Positions 33,074 through 42,126 are shown, counted from the stretch's first letter. The stretch: 43,533 nucleotides of DNA from Chloroflexota bacterium (GCA_023395675.1 JAEWYL010000205.1:1-43533), one strand, 5' to 3'. Notes: generated by a model not told the origin, from the sequence alone. Numbers and translations are program-made.

Positions 33074-33111
33074 CCAACAAGTTTAGCATATTTTGCCATC
33101 GTTCCGAAAAA

Positions 33112-33582
33112 TCATTTCTCCGCTTTTCGCCCCAGCGCCGCCTCGATATCCTGCACCCGGTGGTCGCGCAGATGCCCGTCCAGGTCGTAAGGCCATTCGG
33201 GGCGGCGCTCCCGCCCGCTGAACCATTTTTCGGGGGCCTCGCGCAGGGCGGCGAGCACGTCCTGGTGGACCTGCCGGTGCCAGTCCAGCACCTCCTGCGA
33301 GGAGCGGTCGCGCCAGCGCAGGTAAACCAGGTGGTTCCCCTCCGTTTCGTTCAGCCCGCGCTCCTCGGGTGGGACGGGCTGCCGCCGGATCTTGCGCGCC
33401 ACGTCCGCTTTCCAATGGGTGATATGGGCCAGCGCATCTTTGACCGTCCAGGGCTCTTTGCTCCCGGGCCGGGGCAGGGGCCGCTCCCATTCCTCCGCGG
33501 TCAGGCCCGCCACCAGCCGGTCCAGCAGTTCGAACTCTCGCACGGTACGTTCGATCACATCCTCTCGCCTGTGCAGCACCAT
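33112..33582 (-). CDS. DinB-superfamily / ClbS-DfsB-like four-helix-bundle protein (156 aa)
   Basis: The helical pattern with WTVKDALAHITHW, a later H-rich helix (DGHLRDH) and the size are typical of DinB_2/DUF1706-like proteins. The exact family is not resolved. Confidence 0.5.
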   Translation of the reverse strand: MVLHRREDVIERTVREFELLDRLVAGLTAEEWERPLPRPGSKEPWTVKDALAHITHWKADVARKIRRQPVPPEERGLNETEGNHLVYLRWRDRSSQEVLDWHRQVHQDVLAALREAPEKWFSGRERRPEWPYDLDGHLRDHRVQDIEAALGRKAEK

Positions 33583-33603
33583 ACTTTTACCTCCTGACGG
33601 GGT

Positions 33604-34818
33604 TCACCGGGCTCCAAACAGCACCCGCTCCCGTTCGTACAGCCGGACCGCCACGAAGATCAGCAGGATGGAGAGCAGCAGCGTCACCCCGGTGGAGACC
33701 GCCATATTCAGCGCGCTGAGGCTCTCGCCCCGCAGCATCTGGTTGATCAGGATCTGCTGGCCGAACGTGGGGATCAGCATGGTCCAGACCGTGGCGCGCA
33801 CGGGCAGAAAGGCCAGGGCGATGCCGGGCAGGGCCGGGATGAGCGGCAGGAAAGAGACGTAGGTCTGGGCTTCTTTGAAGCTGCGGGTGAAGGTGGCGAT
33901 CACCATCTGCAGCGCCGAGGCCAGCAGCACCATGGGCAGGGCGATGAGGAAAATCTGCACCAGGGCCCGCCCGTCGATCTCCAGCGGCATGCCGATGTAA
34001 TCCTCGATCGGGAAGATATTGAAGGAGGCGTAAAAGGCCAGCAGCGTCAGCAGCAGGGCGAAAATGGCGAACGGGAGCGAAGCTGCCAGCTTCCCCAGGA
34101 CGAGCTCCCGGCGGGGGATGGGGTTGATCAGCAGCGGCTCCAGCGAGCCCCGCTCTCGCTCCCCGGCGGTGGTGTCAATAATCACGTACATCCCGCCCAG
34201 GAAGACCACCATCACCAGGAAGTAGGGCAGCATATTGAGAAAGATCAGCGCCTGGCTCCGGGGGGTGGCGACGTCGGCGGTCTCGATCGCCAGGGGCTGC
34301 ACCACCACCGGGCTCACCCCGCGCGCCATCAAGCGCAGGGCCGCGATCTGGTCGCCGTAGGCGGCCAGCAGCCGCTCAACCCGCTGCACCGAGAGCAGGG
34401 CCGACTGGCGCGAGCTGTCCTGCACCAGGCGCACGGTGGCCGGCTGCCCGCGCTCGAACGCGGCTTCATACGCCTCGGGGATGATCAGGACCGCATCCAC
34501 GTTGCCGCTGCGCACCTCCCCTTCCGGGTCCGCGGGCGCCGGCTGCACCCGCACCCCGTTCTCCTCCAGGAACTGGACCAGGGTGGGGGCGTGCTCGGCG
34601 CCCTGCACCGGCAGGGGGATGGTCTGCTGGTCCCGGTCGCGCAGCACCGAGCGGCCCAGGATCATGATCAGCAGTAGCAGGATCCCTGGGCCGATCAGGG
34701 TGCTCAGCAGCGCGCTCAGTACCGAGCGCCGGTCGCGCAGGTTATCCAGCAGCTCTTTGGCGAACACCACACCGATGCGCTGCAGGGGGGCGGTGCGGAG
34801 GTTTTCAGCGGTTTTCAT
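33604..34818 (-). CDS. ABC-2 type exporter permease (NatB-like), 404 aa
   Basis: It has an N-terminal TM helix, a large extracytoplasmic loop and 5 C-terminal TM helices. ATG 34816-34818 overlaps the ATPase stop in an ATGA arrangement. Confidence 0.8.
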   Translation of the reverse strand: MKTAENLRTAPLQRIGVVFAKELLDNLRDRRSVLSALLSTLIGPGILLLLIMILGRSVLRDRDQQTIPLPVQGAEHAPTLVQFLEENGVRVQPAPADPEGEVRSGNVDAVLIIPEAYEAAFERGQPATVRLVQDSSRQSALLSVQRVERLLAAYGDQIAALRLMARGVSPVVVQPLAIETADVATPRSQALIFLNMLPYFLVMVVFLGGMYVIIDTTAGERERGSLEPLLINPIPRRELVLGKLAASLPFAIFALLLTLLAFYASFNIFPIEDYIGMPLEIDGRALVQIFLIALPMVLLASALQMVIATFTRSFKEAQTYVSFLPLIPALPGIALAFLPVRATVWTMLIPTFGQQILINQMLRGESLSALNMAVSTGVTLLLSILLIFVAVRLYERERVLFGAR

Positions 34819-35549
34819 CGCACCAGGCCCTCCTCCGAACCGATGGCGGCGACGAAGGCCTCCTCCAGGTTCTCCTGCCCGGTCGTCTCCAGCAGTTGGG
34901 CAGGGGTCCCGCTGGCTGCCACCTGGCCCCGGTTGATGATGACGATATGGTCGCACAGGGCCGAGACTTCCTGCATAATGTGGCTGGAAAAGAGCACGCA
35001 CTTCCCCTCGTCGCGTATTCTGCGGATAAAGCTGCGCATGGCGCGGGTGCTCATCACGTCCAGCCCGTTGGTCGGCTCGTCCAGGAGCACGTTGGGCGGG
35101 TCGTGCACCAGCGCCCGGGCGATGGCGACTTTCACCCGCTGCCCGGCGGAGAAGCCCTCGGTGCGCCGGTTCTCAATATCCTGCATGTCCAGCAGGGTGA
35201 TCAGCCTGTCAATCGCCTCTTCCAGCGCTTTCCCGCTCACGCCGTGCAGGCGCCCGTAATAGCGGATATTCTCGCGGGCGCTCATGCGCGGGTAGAGGCC
35301 CTGGCTGTCGGGCAGGGCGCCGAGGCGCGCCTGAACCGCCAGCGGGTTTGCCAGCACATCGTAGCCGTCCACCCGGGCCGAGCCGCGGTCGGGCTTGAGC
35401 AGGGTGTAAAGGATACGCAGGGTGGTGGTCTTTCCGGCGCCGTTCGGGCCGAGCAGCCCGGTGATGCTCCCGTCCGGGGCGGAGAAACTCACCCCGTTCA
35501 GGGCGATGACTTTTCCAAAGGATTTGTGCAGCTCTTCGACCTGGATCAT
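34815..35549 (-). CDS. ABC transporter ATP-binding protein (NatA-like), 244 aa
   Basis: It has Walker A GPNGAGKTT, signature FSAGQ and Walker B VLLDEPTNGLD. Confidence 0.92.
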   Translation of the reverse strand: MIQVEELHKSFGKVIALNGVSFSAPDGSITGLLGPNGAGKTTTLRILYTLLKPDRGSARVDGYDVLANPLAVQARLGALPDSQGLYPRMSARENIRYYGRLHGVSGKALEEAIDRLITLLDMQDIENRRTEGFSAGQRVKVAIARALVHDPPNVLLDEPTNGLDVMSTRAMRSFIRRIRDEGKCVLFSSHIMQEVSALCDHIVIINRGQVAASGTPAQLLETTGQENLEEAFVAAIGSEEGLVR

Positions 35550-37039
35550 GGTTCTGGTCCGTTAAAGTTCACGAAAAACGGCATAGGGCGGATGTCCTGC
35601 ACGCAGGCGCCGTTCAGCCCCTCCAGGGAGCCCTGTTCGATGAAATCGCCGGCCAGGCGCGGCAGGCAGCCCCGAAAGATCACGTTATGGCCCTGGCCCG
35701 GCGCCACCAGATGCAGGCTGTTGGAGAGGGTGCGCGCGGCCTGCTCGGCGTTTTCGGGCGGCGTGACCGGGTCCATTTCGCCGGAGAGGAGCAGGACCGG
35801 GACGCCGGACTGCACCGGTTCTTTGAAATCCGCGGCGATCTCGCCCTGGGGCCAGCGGCTGCAGATCTCGAACGTCTCCTCCCACTCCAGGCTGCTCAGG
35901 TAGGTGTCCCGGGCAGCCTGCTCTGCCTGCTCCGGGCTGTAGAAAGGCGCGTCTTCGCTGCACACCACCGAGTAGTACAGGCCCTCGCTCAGACTCTCGC
36001 TCAACTGTTGAGTGACGATCAGGTACTGGGAGGCCAGCCGCGCGTAGTCGCCGGTCTCGCGCGCCGTGTGGATGAGGAGGGGCGCCAGGGCGGCTGTCTC
36101 CGGCGCGTAGGTGAGCAGGCGCACCGTGCTGGCGACCTCCTGCGCCGAAAGCTCCACCTCCACCGGCTCGCCGCTGACCGGATGGGGCACGGTGACCTGC
36201 ACCGGTTCCGCCTGCAGCGCTTCGAGCAGCGCCTGGAAGCCGGCCTCCAGATCGGGGAAGGCCTCCCGGCAGCCGCTCTCCTCCTGGCAGCGCTCGAAGA
36301 GCAGGTCCAGGGCGCGCTGGGCGTCCGGCGCCATATTCAGGCCCAGGATCTCATCCTGCGGCAGCACCCCGTCCAGGATCACGGCGCGCACCTGCTCCGG
36401 GTAGCCGTCCAGGTAAGAGAGGGCGGCCCGGGTGCCGTAGGACAGGCCGTAAAGGTTGATCTGATCGTAGCCCAGGGCGGCGCGCACCCGTTCCAGGTCC
36501 TCCACCGCGGCGCTCGTGGTATAGAAGCGGGGGTCGGCCTCCAGGCCGGACAGGCAGGCCTCGATCAGGGGGGCGATCTGGACCTCCTCGGGCAGGTCTT
36601 CGTCCTCCAGGTTCTCGCAGCGCAGCGGGTTGGAGGCCCCCGTGCCGCGCTGGTCCACCAGGACGATATCCCGGCTCTGGTGGATGCGGTCAAAGGCGGG
36701 ATACAACTGGAGGAAGGATTCTGTGGCCGCCTGGCCCGGGCCTCCGGTCAGGAAGAAAAGCGGGTCCGGAGCCGGGTTGCGGCTGACCGCCGGAAAAACG
36801 GCGATATTCAGGCTGATCTGCCGGCCGGCGCTCGAAGCCGGGTCTTCGTAAACCTGGAGCGTGCCGCAGCGGGCGGACAGGTGCTGCGCCAGGCCCGGAG
36901 CCGAGAGCTGGCAGGCCTCCAGCTCGATCTCCGGGGAGCCTTCTGCGGAGGGGGTTGGACCGGCCTCGCCCGGGCTGCAGGCGGCCGGCGCCAGGACCAG
37001 GACCAACAGGAGGATAAAAGACGGCAGCTTGTGCTTCAT
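35546..37039 (-). CDS. secreted alpha/beta-hydrolase, S33 TAP-like peptidase family (497 aa)
   Basis: It has a lipoprotein-type signal (LLLVLVLAPAAC), FFLTGGPGQA, VDQRGTG, nucleophile GLSYGT and a C-terminal GQGHN. I chose ATG 37037-37039 (MKHKLPSF). Its 3' end overlaps the ABC ATPase start by 4 nt. Confidence 0.8.
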   Translation of the reverse strand: MKHKLPSFILLLVLVLAPAACSPGEAGPTPSAEGSPEIELEACQLSAPGLAQHLSARCGTLQVYEDPASSAGRQISLNIAVFPAVSRNPAPDPLFFLTGGPGQAATESFLQLYPAFDRIHQSRDIVLVDQRGTGASNPLRCENLEDEDLPEEVQIAPLIEACLSGLEADPRFYTTSAAVEDLERVRAALGYDQINLYGLSYGTRAALSYLDGYPEQVRAVILDGVLPQDEILGLNMAPDAQRALDLLFERCQEESGCREAFPDLEAGFQALLEALQAEPVQVTVPHPVSGEPVEVELSAQEVASTVRLLTYAPETAALAPLLIHTARETGDYARLASQYLIVTQQLSESLSEGLYYSVVCSEDAPFYSPEQAEQAARDTYLSSLEWEETFEICSRWPQGEIAADFKEPVQSGVPVLLLSGEMDPVTPPENAEQAARTLSNSLHLVAPGQGHNVIFRGCLPRLAGDFIEQGSLEGLNGACVQDIRPMPFFVNFNGPEP

Positions 37040-37040
37040 C

Positions 37041-37817
37041 TTATCCCGCCACGTCCACCCCGGCTGCAAGCAGGATATAGAGCAGGAGCAGCTTCAGCCC
37101 GTTGTTGGTGATATGGATGATGACCGAAGGCCAGATCGAGCGGCTGCGCTCGTAGAACCAGGCCAGGAGCAGGCCCAGCAGGGCGGTGGCCCCGGCCACG
37201 GCGAGGTCCCCGTGCAGCGCCCCGAAGATGACCGCGTTCAACGGGATGGCGATCCAGGCGCTCATCAGCGAACGCATCCACTGGTACAGCACCCCGCGGA
37301 AGAACAGCTCCTCGGCAAAGGGCACCGCCAGGCCCCCCATCAGCAGCATCCCGGCCGCTCCCGGCCAGGAAAAGTTCTCGGGGATCAGGAATTCGAGCTG
37401 CGGGTTTTCGACCGGCTGCCCGAGCGCAAGCTGGATCCCCAGGGCGATCAGCCCCATCACGGGGATGATGAGCAGGGTGAGCACCACCGAGGCGATGAGC
37501 ATGCCCCGGGGCGGCTTGCGCAGCCCGACCGAGGAGGGGGGCAGCTTTTTCCGCCACACCCCCAGCAGGAAGATGCTGGCGAGCAGGGCCACCGTCTCCA
37601 GACCGGCGATGGCGGCATTGTAGCCCAGCGATACGCCGCCAGGCCCGGCCTCAGGCGCGGCTCCTGCCGCGCTGAGGGCGGAGAGCGCCAGCGTGCCGAG
37701 CGCCAGCAGGGCCACGCTGGCGGCTGAGATGAGCAGGACGTCCCAAAAATTCCAGGCGGAAGTAAAGCGCAGCGGTTTCGGGTTTTCAGGCGGTAGGGTT
37801 AAGTCGGTTTCGATCAT
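37041..37817 (-). CDS. CPBP-family intramembrane glutamic endopeptidase (CAAX protease/Abi), 258 aa
   Basis: Polytopic protein with the three family motifs FAEELFFRG (EExxxR), FGALHG (FxxxH) and HITNN (HxxxN). Confidence 0.85.
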   Translation of the reverse strand: MIETDLTLPPENPKPLRFTSAWNFWDVLLISAASVALLALGTLALSALSAAGAAPEAGPGGVSLGYNAAIAGLETVALLASIFLLGVWRKKLPPSSVGLRKPPRGMLIASVVLTLLIIPVMGLIALGIQLALGQPVENPQLEFLIPENFSWPGAAGMLLMGGLAVPFAEELFFRGVLYQWMRSLMSAWIAIPLNAVIFGALHGDLAVAGATALLGLLLAWFYERSRSIWPSVIIHITNNGLKLLLLYILLAAGVDVAG

Positions 37818-39010
37818 TATTCCTCAAATGGCATCAGGCGCGAGCCTCTCCGGACGATTTTTTCGCCGTATTTCTCCCGCAGGCTGTCCACCGCGGCCCG
37901 CAGCCGGCGCTCCCTTTCCGAGCCGCCCTGATCGGAGCTTTCCCACAGGCTGAGCTGGCGCACCGGCAGGCCTAGCCCGCTCATGCCCACCCCGAGCAGG
38001 CGCACCTTCTGCCCCCGTTTCCAAACCTTCTCCAGCAGCGCCAGGGCGTTTTCGCAGATCACGCTCTCCAGGTCGGTGGCCTGGCCCAGGGTCGTCTGAC
38101 GGGTGAGGGTGGTGAAATCGGGCCAGCGGATCTTCAGCTTCACAGTCGTCCCGTACAGGCCGGCCTCCCGCAGGCGCCGGCTCACGGCCTCCGCCTGCTC
38201 ACGCACCGTGCGGCGCAGCACGGCGCCGTCATCCACATCCCGGGTGTAGGTCACCTCCTGGCTGACGGACTTCAGCTCGTGGCTGGTGACCAGGGGCCGG
38301 TCGTCCACGCCGCGCGCCCGCAGGGCCAGCTCGTGGCCGAGCTTGCCGAACATGCGCGCCAGCTCCCCCTCGGGGAAGCGCACCAGGTCTGCGATGGTGC
38401 GCAGACCCAGCTCCTCCAGGCGGGCGGCGGTCTTCGGCCCGACGCCCCACAGAGTCTCCAGGGGCAGCGGGGCGAGAAAAGCCGCCTCGTCGCCGGGCGG
38501 GACGACGGTGATGGCGTTCGGGGGGCCTTCGCCGCGGGCGGCCAGCTTGCCCACGTCGTTGGCGGTCTTCGCCAGGAGCTTGTTGGTCGCCACACCCAGC
38601 GAGCAGGGCAGGCTCAGCTCGTGTCGTATGCGGGCCTGCAGCCGGCGGGCGAGCTCTTCGCCGCTCTCCGGCAGGTCGCTCACGTCGAGAAAGGCTTCGT
38701 CAATCGAAATCTGCTCCACCAGGGGAGTCAGGGCGTGCAGCCTGTCCATCACCTGTTCCGAGACCCGGGAGTAAGCCCCGTGCCGGGCGGAGATGATGAT
38801 CAGATCGGGGCAGAGGCGCAGAGCGCGGCCCATCGGCATGGCTGAGCGCACGCCGCAGCGGCGGGCCGGGTAGGAACAGGAGGAGACCACCCCCCGCTGC
38901 TCGGGACGCCCGCCGACCGCGAAAGGCTTCCCGACCAGGGTCGGGTCTCGCAGCTCTTCCACGGCGCAGAAAAAGGCGTCCAGGTCCAGGTGCAGGATTT
39001 TGCGCGGCAT
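37817..39010 (-). CDS. dinB: DNA polymerase IV (Y-family), 397 aa
   Basis: It has ILHLDLDAFFCAVEE, SCSYPARRCGVRSAMP and SIDEAFLDV, followed by little-finger region patterns. Its stop TAA shares one base with the CPBP ATG (TAATG). Confidence 0.92.
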   Translation of the reverse strand: MPRKILHLDLDAFFCAVEELRDPTLVGKPFAVGGRPEQRGVVSSCSYPARRCGVRSAMPMGRALRLCPDLIIISARHGAYSRVSEQVMDRLHALTPLVEQISIDEAFLDVSDLPESGEELARRLQARIRHELSLPCSLGVATNKLLAKTANDVGKLAARGEGPPNAITVVPPGDEAAFLAPLPLETLWGVGPKTAARLEELGLRTIADLVRFPEGELARMFGKLGHELALRARGVDDRPLVTSHELKSVSQEVTYTRDVDDGAVLRRTVREQAEAVSRRLREAGLYGTTVKLKIRWPDFTTLTRQTTLGQATDLESVICENALALLEKVWKRGQKVRLLGVGMSGLGLPVRQLSLWESSDQGGSERERRLRAAVDSLREKYGEKIVRRGSRLMPFEE

Positions 39011-39020
39011 GCCTGTCTCT

Positions 39021-39107
39021 AAGTACCTATCCGCTAAATGTTATGTTGTGATGGGGAGCGTAGCCCTCCATCACAACCACAAACCACATATTTTTAGGAT
39101 AGGTTCT
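39021..39107. repeat. nested-palindrome intergenic repeat, copy D (87 nt)
   Basis: Sequence: aagtACCTATCCgctaaatgttaTGTTGTGATGGGGAGCgtaGCCCTCCATCACAACcacaaaccacatatttttaGGATAGGTtct. By my hand alignment 77 of 87 positions are identical to copy B. Confidence 0.8.
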
Positions 39108-39181
39108 AACTGAATCTCTCGCTGAGTGATTGGATCCGTGCGTTTTCTCTGAGCCAGTGTGGGCCCCAGCCCCAGGATCGC

Positions 39182-40240
39182 TCAGAGTCCCTTTCCTGCG
39201 GGTTCCACGCGGACCAGGCCCGGCGCTCCCGGCTGGCCCTCGATCCGCACGGCTGCCAGCCCGAAGGCCTCCAGAATGGCCGCATTGGTGGTCAGGTGCG
39301 CGGTGACCTGCGAGGTGCGAAAGCGTGAAGGCCCGCCCGACAGCGCCAGGGGCAGCAGCAACTGGTCCGCCAGATACTGGTCCACGCAGCCGTCCGTGGC
39401 GAGGAAGGCCTCCAGCGCATCTACGGCTTCATCCGCCACCCGCTCGGCCGGTTTTCCCAGCGCGCCCAGGCCGGTATAGCAGCACCGGGCTGCGCTGCTC
39501 GATCCGGCCGCCGGACGGTAGCCGGCCTGCAGCAGCAGGAAGGTGCCCTTGTTCGGGCCGGGGAGCTGCAGGGTTTTGATGCGCGGCGCCGGATCGGGCG
39601 GCAGCCGCCGCAGAGCCTGCCGGCGCTGGCGGTCGGCGATACTCAGCTCCAGGTTGGCGACCGCCGTCAGCCCGCTCAGCCCCGCCGGCTCGCCCCTGCT
39701 CTCCAGCGCCAGGGGCCGGATCGTCCCGGCAGGGCGGATGTGGGCGGTGATGCGCCCGCCGCCCTGCGGGTAAAAGCCCGCCGCATCCAGGCTCAAACGG
39801 GCCTCGAAACCCAGCTCCCGCAGCAGGGGCAGCCAGTGCAGGTCCAGGTCGTGAAAGGTGGGCGCCCAGGGCACGTGGGTGCCGCCGCTCAGGATCACGC
39901 TGGAGGCGCTGCCGGCCCGGGAGAGCGGGAGGAAAATCGTCTGGAGCACCAGCGTGGCGGCGCCCGCGGTCCCGATGTCGAATTTGTAGCGTCCCGGGCG
40001 GATCTCGCCGGGCTGAAAAGTGATCCGAGTCGAGCCGAGAGCGGCGCCTTCCACCTGCGCCCGGCTGATCGCAGCGGCAGCGTCCACCGCCTTCAGGTGC
40101 TGGGCCTGCAGCCCCGGTTTCGGGCGCCCGGCCCGGATATTGTCCAGGCGCACCGCCTGCCCGCTGAGGATGGAGAGGGTCAGCGCACTGCGCAGGATCT
40201 GCCCGCCTTCCTCGCCCAGGGAACCGTCAATCTCGAGCAT
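39182..40240 (-). CDS. rtcA: RNA 3'-terminal phosphate cyclase (352 aa)
   Basis: It has an N-terminal IDGSLGEEGGQILRSALTLSILSG, then FDIGTAGAATLVLQT, and is full-length collinear with RtcA. Confidence 0.88.
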   Translation of the reverse strand: MLEIDGSLGEEGGQILRSALTLSILSGQAVRLDNIRAGRPKPGLQAQHLKAVDAAAAISRAQVEGAALGSTRITFQPGEIRPGRYKFDIGTAGAATLVLQTIFLPLSRAGSASSVILSGGTHVPWAPTFHDLDLHWLPLLRELGFEARLSLDAAGFYPQGGGRITAHIRPAGTIRPLALESRGEPAGLSGLTAVANLELSIADRQRRQALRRLPPDPAPRIKTLQLPGPNKGTFLLLQAGYRPAAGSSSAARCCYTGLGALGKPAERVADEAVDALEAFLATDGCVDQYLADQLLLPLALSGGPSRFRTSQVTAHLTTNAAILEAFGLAAVRIEGQPGAPGLVRVEPAGKGL

Positions 40241-40336
40241 GGCTTGATTCTACTCGATAAGCGGGGGCGCACGAAAAGTTCGTACCGGGGAATGGAGTCA
40301 GGGCTAACGCCCTCCCCTGAATCTCATGATCCGCGT

Positions 40337-40912
40337 TCAACCGGCGAGGCGCAGCTCGCGCCGCAGGGCCTGAAGCTCGCGCGGCTGCAGCTCGCGCCAC
40401 TGCCCGGGCTGCAGGTCCCCCAGCTCGATCGCGCCGATCTTCACCCGCACCAGTCGCAGGGTGGGGTAGCCCACGGCAGCCGTCATGCGCCGCACCTGGT
40501 GTTTCTTCCCCTCGCTCAGGACGATGCGCAGCCAGGTGGTGGGGTGGTAAGCGCGCACCGGCCTGGAGCGGGGCGGCAGGCCCGGGTCGGGGACCACCTC
40601 CACCTGCGCCGGCCTGGCCTGCAGATCGCCGATTAGAATCCCTTCCCGCAGCGGGGCGAGCGCCTGCGGCTCGACCACCCCTTCCACCTGCGCCAGGTAG
40701 GTCTTCTGGTGCCCGTAACGCGGGTCGGTCAGGCGGTGGATCAGCTCTCCGTCATCTGAGAGCAGCAGCAGGCCCTCGCTGCGGTAGTCCAGCCGCCCGG
40801 CGGCGTAAATGCCCGGCAGGTGGACATATTCCTTCAGGGTCGCCCTCCCGGCCTCGTCGGTGAATTGAGAGAGAACTTCGTAGGGTTTGAAGAAGGCCAG
40901 GTAGCGCGGCAT
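40337..40912 (-). CDS. pseudouridine synthase, RsuA/RluE family without S4 domain (191 aa)
   Basis: The catalytic motif is AGRLDYRSEGLLLLSDDG, followed by HQKTYLAQVEG and GKKHQVRRM. Confidence 0.85.
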   Translation of the reverse strand: MPRYLAFFKPYEVLSQFTDEAGRATLKEYVHLPGIYAAGRLDYRSEGLLLLSDDGELIHRLTDPRYGHQKTYLAQVEGVVEPQALAPLREGILIGDLQARPAQVEVVPDPGLPPRSRPVRAYHPTTWLRIVLSEGKKHQVRRMTAAVGYPTLRLVRVKIGAIELGDLQPGQWRELQPRELQALRRELRLAG

Positions 40913-40920
40913 GAATGCGG

Positions 40921-42126
40921 TTAACCCAGGGCGGCTTTCCCATCCAGGGCCCGGATGAACAGCCAGGTGAAAGCGTAGTTGCGAGTGAGGGTGCCCGCAT
41001 CCATTTTATCGTAGGTGTCCTCCGGCTGGTGCCAGTAGGGCGCAAAACCTTTGGCGTCGATCCCTGAGAGGGTGATGGCGGGGATGTTCTGCCGCAGGGC
41101 GTCCGCCATCTCGGTGTTGCCCCCGCTCACCCGGGTGGGAAAGCCCTTCAATTCCGGGTTCTCGCCGGCGATGGTCTCCGCCAGCTCGACCAGCTCCCGG
41201 TCGGCGTGGAAGGGGACGATGATCCCCTCTTTGGTCAGCCAGGCCGGCCCGTCGCAGCCCAGCATCTCGAAGACGACCGCCTTCGGGTTGCGGAACTCGG
41301 CCCGGTGGCGGTGGAAAAAGTCAATCGCCCCGTAGTGCTGCACCTCCTCGCACCCGGTGCAGGCCAGCCAGACCCGGGTGTGCTTCAACGGTTCGGACTT
41401 GAGGTGCTCCGCCAGGGTCAGCACGATCCCGGCCGCAGTGGCATTGTCGTTCGCCCCCTTGCTGAAAGGGGTGCTGTCGGCGTGCAGGCACATCGCCCCT
41501 AGGACGAGGGCATACACGGCGCAGATGATGGTCGCCGGCCAGATCCAGCGCCACCCGGACTGGATCCCCAGGGTGTAGAGGATGGCCTGGGAGAAAAACA
41601 CGAAGAAAGCGCTGGTGACGAAGATCACGTAGGCGGTCAGCCAGGTCTTGTTCTTGAAAATCACGGGCGTGCGGTGGCTGTCCACGTGCCCGATCAGGAT
41701 CAGGTCCTGGCGGTGGTCGCCAGCCGGGGGGATGGTGGCGATCACGTTCTGGCTGCGCGCCTTGGCGATGACGGCCCGGATGGGGTTGTTGTGGAAGCTG
41801 AGCTCCAGCAGCTCGCAGCACAGGGCCAGCAGGATGAGGACCACAGACAGCGCGGCGCTGATCCGCCCGTACAGCGGGTAAATCAGGAAGGCGAGCAGGA
41901 TGGCGGCCGCCGCCACCAGGTGGGGGTGGTAGATCGAGCGGGCGCTCATGAAGGTTTCGATCTTCGCATCCAGCCCCAGCCGCCGCAGCACCCGGTGGCA
42001 GTAGAGGGAAGCCAGGCGTTCCCCCTCGGTGGTCGAGCCCCTCGGCCCGATCTCCTCGGCCAGGGCGTGAATATGGCGCTGCCAGGTATGGATTTTATTT
42101 TCGAGTCGAGAAATGGACGCGCGCAT
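40921..42126 (-). CDS. M28-family metallopeptidase with inserted transmembrane hairpins (401 aa)
   Basis: M28 motifs appear in order: LILIGHVDSH, GANDNATAAG, CTGCEEVQHYGA and YWHQPEDT. Four hydrophobic ~20-aa segments interrupt the domain (HLVAAAAILLAFLIYPLYG, ISAALSVVLILLALCCELL, WLTAYVIFVTSAFFVFFSQAILY, WIWPATIICAVYALVLGAMCL). Confidence 0.7.
   Translation of the reverse strand: MRASISRLENKIHTWQRHIHALAEEIGPRGSTTEGERLASLYCHRVLRRLGLDAKIETFMSARSIYHPHLVAAAAILLAFLIYPLYGRISAALSVVLILLALCCELLELSFHNNPIRAVIAKARSQNVIATIPPAGDHRQDLILIGHVDSHRTPVIFKNKTWLTAYVIFVTSAFFVFFSQAILYTLGIQSGWRWIWPATIICAVYALVLGAMCLHADSTPFSKGANDNATAAGIVLTLAEHLKSEPLKHTRVWLACTGCEEVQHYGAIDFFHRHRAEFRNPKAVVFEMLGCDGPAWLTKEGIIVPFHADRELVELAETIAGENPELKGFPTRVSGGNTEMADALRQNIPAITLSGIDAKGFAPYWHQPEDTYDKMDAGTLTRNYAFTWLFIRALDGKAALG

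Noticed and set aside
56-37111. Many long plus-strand ORFs in the track, for example 56..1258, 1398..2504, 2501..3655, 5094..6566, 6761..9190, 10103..11641, 12400..14121, 14181..15779, 16466..17875, 24802..26193, 26827..29178 and 35687..37111.
   Set aside because: Each lies antisense to a minus-strand gene with clear family motifs. Their products are low-complexity R/G/A/P/H/Q-rich strings with no recognisable motifs. Such stop-free shadow frames are expected in high-GC DNA.
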